The notes beneath the pieces were generated by a model. That model was not told where the DNA came from. It made no database searches and saw nothing but the letters and a program-made list of their open reading frames with translations. 64,000 bases of DNA, taken from assembly GCA_050575255.1 (NCBI GenBank), contig JBNZDD010013686.1, positions 2,103,742-2,167,741 on the forward strand. Reading direction: 5' to 3'. This document shows positions 34,986-46,910 of this stretch, one piece after another. The translations under genes and the position numbers were made by a program. The stretch comes from Harriotta raleighana (Eukaryota). Each line of letters starts with the position of its first letter. The stretch's first letter is position 1.

Positions 34986-36571
34986 ACTCATCATCCACCA
35001 AGCGTCTACACCAGGCATGACTGTGGAACGGTGCATGAGAATACTGCCTTTCACTAGGGACAATGTAATTGATTGCAGTAGAATTCCTTTCCCACAGAAA
35101 AGTAGTATGTCGCTTTTACTTCCAGCATCCACAGGAGATATCTTGCGAGTCATTTGGATTAATGTGCCCCACTGCAGTAAGGAGGCAATTGAAGCAATGT
35201 ATTGATTGACATTTTGATTGCATGCGTTTGAGCAGCTATCAGGATCAGACCAACCCTGCTGGCAGGGAGGTGGGTGGGTAGCAAGCCTCATTACCCAGTT
35301 TTTCAATTGAGCCCACCAATATGAACTTATTTAGAAACAGCACTGCTGTTGAATGTCCTTGTTTCAGTTTTATTTGCATAACCGTGTTATTTTCGTTGCT
35401 TTGCTTTCTTCTTTATCGCTAGCATTTTCTCTCTGTCAATGCACCTTTTGAGTCGACAGTTGAAGAAGCCAATCCGAAAACCAAGCTGCTGGGCTGACAG
35501 CAACCCATGGTGCAAAAGAACTGTGGGGGTGAAATTCCTTTTTGTGTAATTTGAAACTTCAATTTTCCTTCTTACACATTCATGTACTGTCATGCCACTG
35601 AGCAACATTTTACCAAACTGCTTTTCTTTTAGTCAAGTAGCTTCTTGCATAGCCTGGGCCAGATCCTTTAAGTGGCACAGACAGTGTGAGCTGTCTATTG
35701 TAAAGGGATAACATTTACGCAATCCCTACATTTTTAAGTTAAATAAGTTTTATTTTAGGAATACATTTAGGAACAGCAGTGGTGGCGCATTCACCCCCAC
35801 CCCCCACTTTGCAGTTAAGTAGTTTGCTCTACTCCAGGTCTAAGGGCTGCTATTATTCTTGAACTCCGAGGGGAGCAATTCTGTTTTGCAAATTGTGGAG
35901 TCTGCATTGAGCCGAGTGTTGCTTCTTTGTTCAATATTAATTTCCTGTTTTTCTTTACCCATCTCTGCTTTCCTAGACCAAAAACATTAACTTTTGTCAA
36001 TTGGGTCGGAGTCTTCAGGCCTGGAACGTCCGATTGAGAAGGCGTCTTTGCTGTGACTATACGCTGTCATCCACATATTGACCTTTGTAAATCTATAATT
36101 ATGGATATTTTCAGCCATAATTGCAGAATTTTCTAATGTTATGTGCGTTATGCTCAATCTGTGCCTTGGTCGCTTTCAGAAATTCTTGCAAATGCTTTGT
36201 TGCTTTGTCCGTAACGCTCCACAAAACTGCTTGTCTCACAAAAGCGTTTAAGAATGTAGAAGCCCTAATATGATTATATTTGTGGTTCATTTAAAAAAAA
36301 GAACCCTGCTTTGTTCCCATTTTGAATGAAAATGTAACATTTGATCTGCTCCTTGCAGAGCAGCTTTCTGTTCACAACCATATCCGGATGTATGCTACTG
36401 AGGACCCATGAAATATGTAGGTAGATGAGGTCAAATTACAGACCTAGCTGCTGGTAAGTAGCTGTAACGCTACTGAGTAGACAACACCACTTGGCTGCTC
36501 AATGCACAATTGTCTGGAAGTCTTTAATTATCCGAGCAGCCACCTCACAATCCTAATGGGTTACAATAGTT

Positions 36572-36862
36572 TGATGCAGAATCATCTGTCATTTGCAACA
36601 AGATCAATCTCTAATCACTTGCTAGATCTTCAATGAAAATTGGAAAGAAAAGAGGGTCAAGGACCATGCCTTAGGGGACTACAGCATTAATGTGTGCTGT
36701 AGTTGAAGATTATTGTCTGGTGCTGTCAACTCACTTGATGAAAGCTAATTGTTATTCAAGGAAATGTCCTCCAAAATTGCAAGCCTGTAACTTTCTTATC
36801 AACCTTTGCACCATGTACCATTGTCAGCTCTGCTTACATCAAGTGGCACTGCTCTAATAACT
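36572..36862 (-). mobile_element. Ancient CR1-group RT fragment
   Basis: The minus strand gives VIRAVPLDVSRAD..TWCKG.LIRKLQAC...AHINAVVP*GMVLDPLFFPIFIEDL...MTDDS, matching LDISKAFD.VWH...[19 protein letters not shown]...FADD. Confidence 0.7.
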
Positions 36863-37151
36863 CTCAAGTTGTCTCGTAATTTCTCCTTAGCAAACGCAGT
36901 GATGAGCTCGATAGTCGGGGGTTCAAGAGCTCAGCTGAAAAATAAGTTGGTGCATTGACAGCGATCCTCGGTGTTGGGGATGGGATGAAACTTTCCCTCA
37001 AAAAAGCTGATGTTTTGATCGTAACCATAGCCTTTTGTATTACTTGGTAACAACATCTCACTTGTGTCTGAAATTAACCATTGCTGAACATGACAAATGA
37101 GGTGCTGTTCATGCTATCTTTTATTGTAAATTAAACATCGTTAACAATAAT

Positions 37152-37437
37152 CGTGAGACCTGTGTTCGAATCCAGGCAGGTCAGGACGAAAACCTTGGGC
37201 AAGATCTCCTTACTCAACACGCCTAATAATAATCAATCCCTCCAAAAAAACAAACAATAATAAAATTGGACATTTTTATCCACGACTGTTTGTGGGACAG
37301 TGCTGTGCGCAATTGCAGCTGCATTTTGCCCACAAAATATACCATCAATTCACTTTGCAGTATATTCTGTGAAGCACTTTGAGACGTCTAGAAGACGTGA
37401 AAAGCGCTATATCAAATGCAAGGATTATTATTATTAT
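37152..37437 (+). mobile_element. Young tRNA/Deu SINE, 5'-truncated (A-box missing)
   Basis: Begins at GTGAGACCTGTGTTCGAATCC and ends in (ATT)n. Confidence 0.9.
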
Positions 37438-38094
37438 AACCTTTAATTCCAAATTAGGTTAGGACATAAGGGCAATGTAGATTGAGAAAGGATGATTGAG
37501 CAATCTGGGCATTAAATTATCATTCAAATACAAGGCAGTAGCAAAATGGACATGTATCTGTGCTGAAACCATTCCATGTGCTCTCTCCACAGAGATAGAA
37601 GAAAGCAATGAAGTGTCTTCTGTTTATCAAGAGCATCCTGCATCCAAGCATGAACGAATCATCACCATCTAGAATGAAGCAAGCAGCAGCTTAATGATAT
37701 CCACTGTGGGAGATTTGGATATTACTCATAAAATTTGTAGTAAGAAGCTGGACATTGGCGAGGGAAGGATAATAGTGTAGAAGAATGCCTGGCATAGAGC
37801 AAAGGAGATTGTGGCCCCCACTGACCTGGAGATCACATTCGAAAGGAGCCTGACAGTGCATGACAGGTGTAAAGAGCAGTGACTTGCTACCATTTTTTGT
37901 ACATGCAGCACTAAGCTATGTGGTAAGTGCTTGCATAATGATTACCTTTGGCAAGATAAAGTGATGTGATTTCATCTTTTGTTATTAATGCAGTTTAATC
38001 CAATTGGCTGTAATTGGAATATCAACGACAGCTTGCATTTGTATAGCGCCCTTCACGTGGGGCAGTATCCCATAGAGCTTGAGAACGTCAGGTG

Positions 38095-38650
38095 GAAACA
38101 ATAGTTCTGTCCACAGCATGGATATTCTGGCCTTCTTATGTACTGTCGCACAGTTGCTTCCTTCAGTGGCTTGAGGAATCTTTTGCCAAATGAAGCAGAT
38201 GACTATTGACAGATGATATTGCTCAGAATTTTGATGCCACTGGTAGAGGTCTGGTGTTTTACTAGGCTCAGCTCCGAAAACTCAGAGCGGGTGGTGGTGG
38301 TTTAGGTGAATGCATCTTGAGCTGCGTGCCAATGATTCTCTCTTGGCTGTTTGCTTTCTGCATCGAGAAAGTGTGCATTTCACCTTGTGAACTCTCATAG
38401 AAACACTGTTGTCTTTTATTTGGACATCTGGGGCTGTCTCACTTTCAACATTCGGTCGAGACTTAGAGCCAAGAAATACTGTTCAAAATCTTCATTTAGA
38501 CTTTGCTGAGTTGTGCCATTTATCATTCTTGGACAAGGTAATGATCACTACTGACTTAGGAGCCCCAGCAGATGTCCTCAGTGGAGTCAGTTATGTTTGC
38601 TTTGATGTGCAGCCATTACTACAAATGTCAACAGTCAATGATTTCAGATA
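38095..38650 (-). mobile_element. Highly decayed RTE-like LINE fragment (endonuclease end to RT start)
   Basis: The minus strand gives VSSDHYLV (the APE-endonuclease SDH motif) and, further on, IWQKIPQ...VHKK (resembling IW...IP.DW....I.P.HKKG). Confidence 0.4.
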
Positions 38651-39019
38651 GTCCTGACTCGCTTGACTGCGTCCTTCCTTGTTCACTGTCGAGTCACTTT
38701 AAAGATGTGATGAGTCTCTTCAGATGTTCTCTGCTGCTCGTGCTGCCAGTTTTTTTTTGTGATTTTGAGTTTGTCTATGCATTATGTTCAGATAAAGATA
38801 TTAGACCAACAACTACTGCGTTCTAAATTTAACTAGATTTTGGAGATCTATTTTGCATCTACTATTGATCAACTGGACCCATTTCATCAATATCATCAAA
38901 ATTGGAGATCATTCGATCTCGCCAAGTTCCTGACAATGTATTGGTCTGTTTACTCCACGAGACCACTGAGAAAGTATACCCAGCAACTGTATTTTATATG
39001 TCAAACCAGTCTCAAGACT

Positions 39020-39190
39020 CTCCTCTTCTAACATACCTTTGGTCACCCTCTACTCCACACCCCTCCCATGGCCCCCTCCCTTCCCCGATCCCAACCCTCA
39101 TCATGGATTCGAAACACTGATTCTCTAACGCCTTGGGACGTCCTCCCAATGTGAAATGCGCAATACAAATGCAATTTTGTTGTTGTTGTT
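39020..39190 (+). mobile_element. L2 3' UTR and tail
   Basis: CGCCTTGGGACGTCCTCCCAATGTGAAATGCGCAATACAAATGCAATTTTG followed by (TTG)n. Confidence 0.8.
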
Positions 39191-39974
39191 AAATTACACA
39201 CAACTTCTGTCTCTTTTCTATTAAGTTTTCAAACCCGCTTTTCTGTTAGTATAAAAAGTGTGCTGGAAAGCTCGCAAAACATTGTGCTACACGAGCAGTG
39301 AGAAACAGACAGCAGTTTTTACTGCAGACAGTTTCTATGGAAACTGGGAGTAGACCAGCAAGGAATGCAGATCTGCAAGAAACCAGTTGGGGCTGCAATA
39401 AGAAGGGTCGGAACCAGTTATACTGTACTTTAGGGAAGAATGTGGGAAATAGATAAATTGTGATGGTATAGACAAATGGAGTCATTTCATATAATCCATT
39501 TTCATTTATGGCAGAATAGACTGCAGCTATCTTTTGATGTCTTCTAGACTTTGTAAAACAAATGGAGTTTTAAATAAGCCAATTATTTAATCAATCTTAT
39601 GCATAATATATGCTTTCCATTTCACATTCTGATGCAAAAGATTGCCGAATTTAGTTAAATTAATTTTCTGGAATATTTTCATATAAATGTGGCTTAGATA
39701 TATTAATCACCAAAAATAGCTGTGTACATGATATTCTGATGTTTATGTTTTACTGCCTATTGATGGAGGGGGAAAGAGAAGAAAGACTGACACAAGATTG
39801 AAAAATTGGCCATTCACTTTAATATAGTACCTGTTGTATCTCTGTCTGGTGCTATTTTTCTTGTAGTAGTACCAAAGACTAGTGAAAAACACATTTTACA
39901 AGTAGGCTAAAAACATATGATTTTAAAAGAAATTGCATTCCTAGACAATCTAGTGATCAGTTCAAAGTCTCAAA

Positions 39975-40125
39975 GATGGTTTTGTGGAACACTGCTGTGC
40001 TCCTGGCTGCCAGATTTCGCCCACAAATATACAGTCAATTCACTCTACAGTATATTCTGTGAAGTGCTTTGAGACGTCTAGAAGACGTGAAAAACGCTGT
40101 ATCAAATGCAAGGACTATTATTATT
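39975..40125 (+). mobile_element. Young SINE, 3' half
   Basis: CCACAAATATACAGTCAATTCAC...CAAATGCAAGGACTATTATTATT. Confidence 0.88.
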
Positions 40126-40338
40126 GTAAGTGATTCCTGTCACCAGATCCCACAATTTCAGATTGTACAAATATATTCTGAATCACTGTGCTTCCAAGTC
40201 ATTTTGTTACCATCCTCATCATTCATATAAATCAGCACCAAGGAGTGAAAAGTGCCGGTTATTTTCTAAAAGTTGCAACAACAATAGCCATTCAAAGCTG
40301 GTCTCTGTTGCTTACTCCAGGTTCACAGCACCAAGTGG

Positions 40339-40428
40339 TAATAATAACCCTTGCATTTGATATAGCGCTTTTCACATCTTTTAGACGTCTCAAAGCACTT
40401 CACAGAATTTACTGTCAAGTGAATTGAT
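40339..40428 (-). mobile_element. Young SINE tail
   Basis: AATAATAACCCTTGCATTTGATATAGCGCTTTTCAC...GTGAATTGA. Confidence 0.85.
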
Positions 40429-41169
40429 GGTAGTGTTGAGGCTGACTGGCAAATACTACGCTTATACAACGCTTTATTCAATAGTTCAGTATAATGAGCA
40501 CTAGATTTGGAGCCAGTAAGTAGGTTGTTGGTTTATATCCAGGAGTCTATGAACTTTGCCTTTCTGTCCTTTTCAAGGTCAATTCATTGGAGAAGGTAAA
40601 TGGGCTTTCTTTAGGGTTCAACTGGCATCTGAAGTGACACTCCGGGCAAAGCCAACCAGTCTCTTACAAGTTTCTGTCTTTTCAATAATAGAACAGCCTG
40701 TTTAGCTCATTGATGTTCATATTTGGTGTTGCAGACATATAGCATACCTGCAAACATGAGTCCTCGCTAACAAAGCACTGTGAAATTTACCAGTGATTCA
40801 TAACACTTTTAAAAAAATATTCTGTTGGCTGCTAAAATAATTTTCTTTAAATATTTATAAGGGTTGAACGCAGTAAAGGAATGAAAGACTCGCATCCATG
40901 AATTTGACAACTTTGATCAGATTGGGATGTAATTAAGCCTTAATTGAGACAAGTTTGTTTCTCTTTTTCCTGCTGTTTGTTAACAATTCCACCTCCGTAA
41001 ATGCAGTGCTGGCTGAGCATTTCACTTACATGACATGCACTGTCACCTCCAGTGGAATGGTTTGAATCCATGCTTTAAAGCTATTGGTTCCTCTTATTGC
41101 AGGTCTGGGACGTTAAGACAGATATGATGGAATTCTTGTTTTGCATGACATGTTACAATAAAAGTATAA

Positions 41170-41470
41170 AAACTTGGAATAATTGTTAAACAGAACAGTA
41201 GCAATTGGTGAATTGAATGGGAATTAGGAAAAGATTATGCAAGTTTGGAGAAGAGACGTTGGACCTACTCAGTGGAAGAGTGGAGACAGTAGAAGTGCAT
41301 GGCGAGTTAGGACTCTTCAGTTTTGAAAGGTGTCCCTGAGGTGGCCTTATAGAGGTGCATGACATTTTAAAGGATATTGAATGTGTAACGTAGAACAATG
41401 CTGAGCAGGGGCAATGGACAGGTTAGTAAGGGTCTAGGGCTCAAGGCTATGGAGGCCAATATTTCATTGG
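41170..41470 (+). mobile_element. Old CR1 ORF2 C-terminal remnant
   Basis: GAGTTAGGACTCTTCAGTTTTGAAAGG...CTTATAGAGGTGCATGACATTTTAAAGG (ELGLFSFER...LIEVHDILK). Confidence 0.55.
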
Positions 41471-44000
41471 AGGAGTAGGATTGATTTGGTTCATATGTTA
41501 CGATATATTGCAGCATTGTGATTGAACAGTACATTTGGATTACAGATTGAAGTTAGTTATACTCTACAGAAAATCGAATGACAATTTCATTTTTTTAAAA
41601 ACATAAAGATAAGATATACTTGATCAACCTGAGTTCTAACCATTTTCTTGCATGTAAAACAGCACCTTTTAACAGCACCTTGTACTAATATACTTTGTTC
41701 AAGAATTGACAATATGGCATATCCCAAACTTTGTCTTTTGTAAAAATAGTTTCAAATTGGAAACTCGATTAATCCTGAGCGTTGTTTGGGGATTAAAAGT
41801 GTTAACAGACCTTGAAAAATATCTTGATGACATTTCAATTTTTTTTAACAAAAAACTTGAAATGGGAGGCTGCTAGTGGTAGCACTTTATTTATTTTCTC
41901 TGAAACTGAAGTTGCTTTGTAGCCACTTAGCTCCACCCACAAAGATCACAAGAAAATTTTTGAATGTGTGACCTGCACTCATTTTAGCCCAAAACACCCT
42001 TGATGTTGATTCCCACTGTAGAGTAATTTCATCAAGATTTAGAGACTGAAATGTGAGATGCCACCAAAATAGAAAGTAATCATTTTCAATATGATTCGTC
42101 AAACTTTCTGCGTTCATATCTCAAAAGCCCCAAATGCATTCAAATCAAGATTTTTAAAGTGCTAACTAAAGATCCCTTGAACTTTAAAAATGAATTTTGT
42201 TAAAGTAAACTCCACATGATGCATCCTTTTGTTCATAAAGCCAATTGATTGCTTTATGTTAAGAGTTTGTTTCATATCGTCTCAAAGTAATCAATTAAAA
42301 GAATAGGCATATTTCCAAATACTGTAAATATTATAGTCTAAATGACAGTATTGCAAGATTTAACTATTGTTGAATATCCCAAGTTTAACTAACTTTGTTC
42401 ATGGAAAAAAGACTCAAAAAACACATTTGAATTTGAGAGGTGACTTGAAACATTCTCGCCAAAGCATGATGGTTTCAGAGAAGGAAATAAAACTTAGAAA
42501 TGTTAAAAACATTTTTCTAAAAAAAACTGTTTTCAAATGAGCACAGCACGAATGGTGCTATTACAACTAAACTATCTTAATTTTGCCTGAACTTTCAGAT
42601 ATGCTGTTTCTATAGTGACAAAAAGAAGGCTTTTGCTCTCCACCCCAGCTGTTAAAGTTTAATGCATTGAAGCCTGCCTTCGTGCTGTGTTACCCTTTCA
42701 GAGAGCAGAATAGCGTCTGGACTAATCCTTGAAAGTTGCAGAGCACTGAAGTAGTAGCCAAGCTTCTGCCAAAGAATAAGGTCTAAAACTACACTGTACT
42801 TCACACTTGATTGGTCCTTCAGATGGCGAGACTGCACATCCCTGCTGCGAATGAGCCAGTCCTCTAACACTGGAGTATAGCATGGATGGATCTCGTTTCC
42901 CTAGCAGAATTAATAGCTCCAAGCAAGCGACATGCTAGGTCAATTCATTTTCTACTTGACTACTAGTAATTTTGACAGTTTTGTCTCCTTTTGGAATGAA
43001 CACAGCTTGTATGCCTTCTAGGTTACAATACCATATGATAGCTTTGAAATTAAACTGGGGTAAAATCAAATACAGCTGTTTGCCAATGGAAAAAAATGAC
43101 GAAAAAATATACTGGCAAATTGTCAATTTGGGAGATGACAGAGAATTTTAGTGGTGTCAAGAATGTAAAGATAGTCTCGGAGTCTTCAAATATTACCTTT
43201 TTCTGTTGTCCTTTTAGTCACTGCAATATTTTGAAAAGCAAGGAAGTACTTGCACATACAGACAGAAAGGGGGTGCCATGATTCAGGAAGAAACCACGGA
43301 AGATGTTTCTCAGTAGGTCAATTGTTCAACCTAATTTAGAAACCAAATCCATTATAATTCTTGTTTTAAAGACCATTTAGTCTTTGTTTCTTGTGTGTAC
43401 TGTATCAAACACAAAGATTATTATTATTATGATTTTTCAAGGAAGCTTTTCAGCACACGCCAACTTCCAATGCTATTATCTAATTTTTGTAACAATTATG
43501 ACAAAAATTGATGGTGAATAGGAGGGTATTTTCTGTTCTCCCACTCAGTAACAGTAATGTAGGATTGTGCTGGTAATATGAATGGGAAATCAATTGATTC
43601 AAGCTGTAACAAGCTGTATCCAATCTGCTGTAATGACATTATCACACCACTGATTGTCTCTTTTAATAAAAAAAACATGTGAAAAACACATTGCAGTACT
43701 TTTGGCTACAAGCAGATATCACATTGAATGTAGAACACTATTATAAATTATATTTAGTTTAATCAAATGAGATTCCATGAGGAACATTCAGGGAAATCCA
43801 TGTTTTCAGAGCTGCTGGGCAAATTAAGCCAACTACAAAATTCCATGAAAGATACAAGATACCTTACTTTGGGCCTAATAATTCATCCTGTATCTTGTGT
43901 GTTCCAGTAACAAAAAAGGAGGGAAAAATAGTGATCTGAATGAAATAATGGAATTGAAAAAATTATGACAAAAACAGAAAGGAAGGCAAATAGTTTTTTT

Positions 44001-44257
44001 AAAAAAACGAAGTAAAGGAAAGATGAAAGCAATGTAAAAAGCTGGCTTTTTGCCAATCCATAATGGCACCTGTCCCTACACATCTGTTTATAGTTTATTT
44101 CACTCTTTCTTATTTCAATCTACTCCTGTNAAAAAAACGAAGTAAAGGAAAGATGAAAGCAATGTAAAAAGCTGTCTTTTTGCCAATCCATAATGGCACC
44201 TGTCCCTACATCTGTTTATAGTTTATTTCACTCTTTCTTATTTCAATCTACTCCTGT
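44001..44257. other. ~128-bp tandem duplication straddling a single N (likely unmerged contig overlap)
   Basis: 44001-44129 is repeated at 44131-44257 with one substitution (CTGGC/CTGTC) and a 2-bp CA indel; the n is at 44130. Confidence 0.85.
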
Positions 44258-44451
44258 ATATCTCTTTCTGTCTGTAATTCCATATGACAACAGTTCCACA
44301 CTTCCACTTCCTTGTGGTTGGTGACTTCTATTACATGCTTTTGTCTTTGTCCTACTAAATGGCAGAAACATACCAAACAGATGCATGAACTCATTGTGAT
44401 GTTGCTTCATCAGCTACAGCTAAGCAGCTCTCACCACTGATGAAGCTCTAT

Positions 44452-44570
44452 TTAATAATAATAATGATGATGATATTCCTTGCATTTGAAATAGCGCTTT
44501 TCATGTCTTCTAGAGGTCTCAAAGTGCTTCACAGAGTGTACTATAAAATGAATTGATTGTATATTTTTTG
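44452..44570 (-). mobile_element. Young SINE tail
   Basis: CCTTGCATTTGAAATAGCGCTTTTCATGTCTTCTAGAGGTCTCAAAGTGCTTCACAG. Confidence 0.82.
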
Positions 44571-46478
44571 ACACAGTTTTCTTCTAAATTTGATTTATGT
44601 GATTGAGATGCTCCAAAATAACTGCAAGTCAATTATTTTGCTTTACCTCCATGGAGAAACATTTTTAAGTTGAGTCATTACACAATGTAATGTAGTTTGC
44701 CAGTGTTGGAAAAGTATTAGAGACACAGTCATACACAGAAAAAATCATCAGTGACAGATTAGCAATGAGATATGTTTCTTTCAGACCTCATTTGAAAATA
44801 AGAATATGGAGAGTATTTTTAAAAAGAAAATATTATTTTGAAATGGTAAAATGATAAAATCAGTTTAAAAAAAATCAGAATAGTTTGTCTATCTCTCTCA
44901 CACCGTTAAATGAGAGCTTCGAAAAATATTTAGACTAAGGCGAGAGATAAAATAATTGGATAAATATTATAAATAATCATATATAAAACTAAAATTTTGA
45001 CCTATTAATCTACTGGAACTCATGCCTTTATCACAATTTTCTACCAAATATAATATAGAGAAGCAAAACAACTATAATAATTTGTGATGTCATTTTAAAG
45101 TGCACTTAGTAAACTGTTAATTCAGAGATGTGCATTTGGAGTAGCAATAATTCAGGACAAAAAGGATAGAAAAGAAAGAAAATAGTCCTTTTATTTTAGG
45201 TCACTTGTCACCAGGCAAGATACTGCTATTTACCTACAGAGCACTGGTTAGAGGAGGGGTGGATATATTGAATGAGCTTTGAAAAAATAAACCAGGTCTT
45301 TGTAATAGTATTTTGTTTGCTTTCTTGCTCCCCCACCAACCCTGTTATTGCTTCCTCTTTTATTAGTTTGGAAAGTCACTTCCAGTTTGCAGAATGGAAC
45401 ACAATCCTTGAAACAAGAAGCATTCTGTTCACTCTGAACAAGAATAATTACCATTCTGGATAATGCTATCAGAGGTTGATTTTGTATTTAAGAAACGATG
45501 TGCCATTTTAGAAGCCGACTGGTTAATTACATTTAGGACGATACAAGTGTGTCTTTGCTTTTAGAGTTGATGTTTTATTTACTAAGAATCAAAGCATTAT
45601 TTTCAGCCCACCCAGCAAAGAACTTCCGGCCCATCATTTCAAATCATTATTATGAATTTACATGGTTTCCATCAGTTAAAAACATGAGAGCAGATAGGTT
45701 TGTACTAATACTCCATGCAGAATGTTGATGTATTGTTCCTTGTCATCATATAGGAAGTCGGTACACATTTGTTATTCTGAACCAAAAGAAGAAATTGAGA
45801 AGGGTATTTGTCCAATTAATGCTATTTATAATTTTATACTAAAAATATCCAAAGATTAACCTCCTTTTTCGCCAGGCAAGATATCATTTCACAATATTGC
45901 TGTTAAAAGGCAGCAACTCGCCTACTATTTTCAAGAGCTGTTCCTCAGCGATTTATTGTGTTTTTTGTTAATGGAGCAGACCTGCTCACCCTGGGTGTGG
46001 GTAATGTCAGTCTGTGGGGTTCCAGCTCTATGAGGATTAAGAGGCCAGCAAGAGAAAGAAATCTGTTCAAAAATGGAATTTCCTATCAATTTGGGTTTTC
46101 TTATAAATCCTTGCTGCTATTTCTCTATGTAAATGTTGTGCTGAAACCTCCATTTTCCTGCTGAAATTCAAGTTACGCAGGTACCAGAGAACACTGGTGA
46201 CTGCTTTTGTTTATTTCTAATATGTATTTTTTTTTTCAAAATGTTGAATTTGAATCAGATTGGAAATTCAATTCTAATATTCTTAAAACGACCGATTCAG
46301 CCTGTGTGTGTATCTTATTTTATTTTATGAATACCCTGGGTGCAAACATTAAAACCTCACACAATACATACAGATGTTGTCGACACGACAAAATGCTCAC
46401 ATTTGTGGTGTGATATGGGAGATTTTAGTTGATAATGGATCTATCCTGTGTAATGCTGTTTTCTTTTTTTAGAAATCA

Positions 46479-46583
46479 TGATGTCACAGTAAACCAATCA
46501 GCAGCAACAGTAAAATCTATTCTCTCAACAATGAAAACATGCATCCTCAACGTCATTCGTTTTACACTGGGTTGCTAAGCAAC
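46479..46583. promoter_or_regulatory. Motif cluster: CRE-like TGATGTCA, CCAATCA (NF-Y), CGTCA half-CRE and RFX X-box
   Basis: TGATGTCA at 46479-46486, CCAATCA at 46494-46500, CGTCA at 46551-46555 and GTTGCTAAGCAAC at 46571-46583. Confidence 0.4.
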
Positions 46584-46883
46584 CTGTAGACTTTTTTCAG
46601 AGTTGGATTTGGTGTGGATATGTGAATTCTGAAATCATTGGGCCAGGAAAGGGAGCTGGAACCAGCAAACCAAAGGTGCTGACATTTGGTGAGGACATAC
46701 TGTTATATGAGACTCGGTTGACATCTCGCAGCCTTGTTCTCAAGCATACATACCTCTAGGACTCTATTCTCAAACAACACAGAACTCCAACTCCCATCAG
46801 ACTGACTGGCACTGTAATTGAGCTCTGATATTATTATTGTTCTGGGACAAACGTATTTGAGATTATCTCTCTATCAAAGAAAA

Positions 46884-46910
46884 AGTGTGTGAGAGAGAGA
46901 GAGAGAGAGA
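46884..46910. repeat. (GT)n(GA)n microsatellite
   Basis: Directly visible. Confidence 0.85.

Noticed and set aside
34653-35306. 217-aa minus-strand ORF, the longest outside GPR101
   Set aside because: It runs across an L2 3' UTR and adjacent decayed sequence, so it is chimeric and low-complexity rather than a gene.
44404-44446. 10-bp inverted repeat GCTTCATCAG...CTGATGAAGC containing a CTGATGA hammerhead-like core
   Set aside because: The stem is too short for a pre-miRNA, and I see no properly placed GAAA and stem II for a hammerhead ribozyme.
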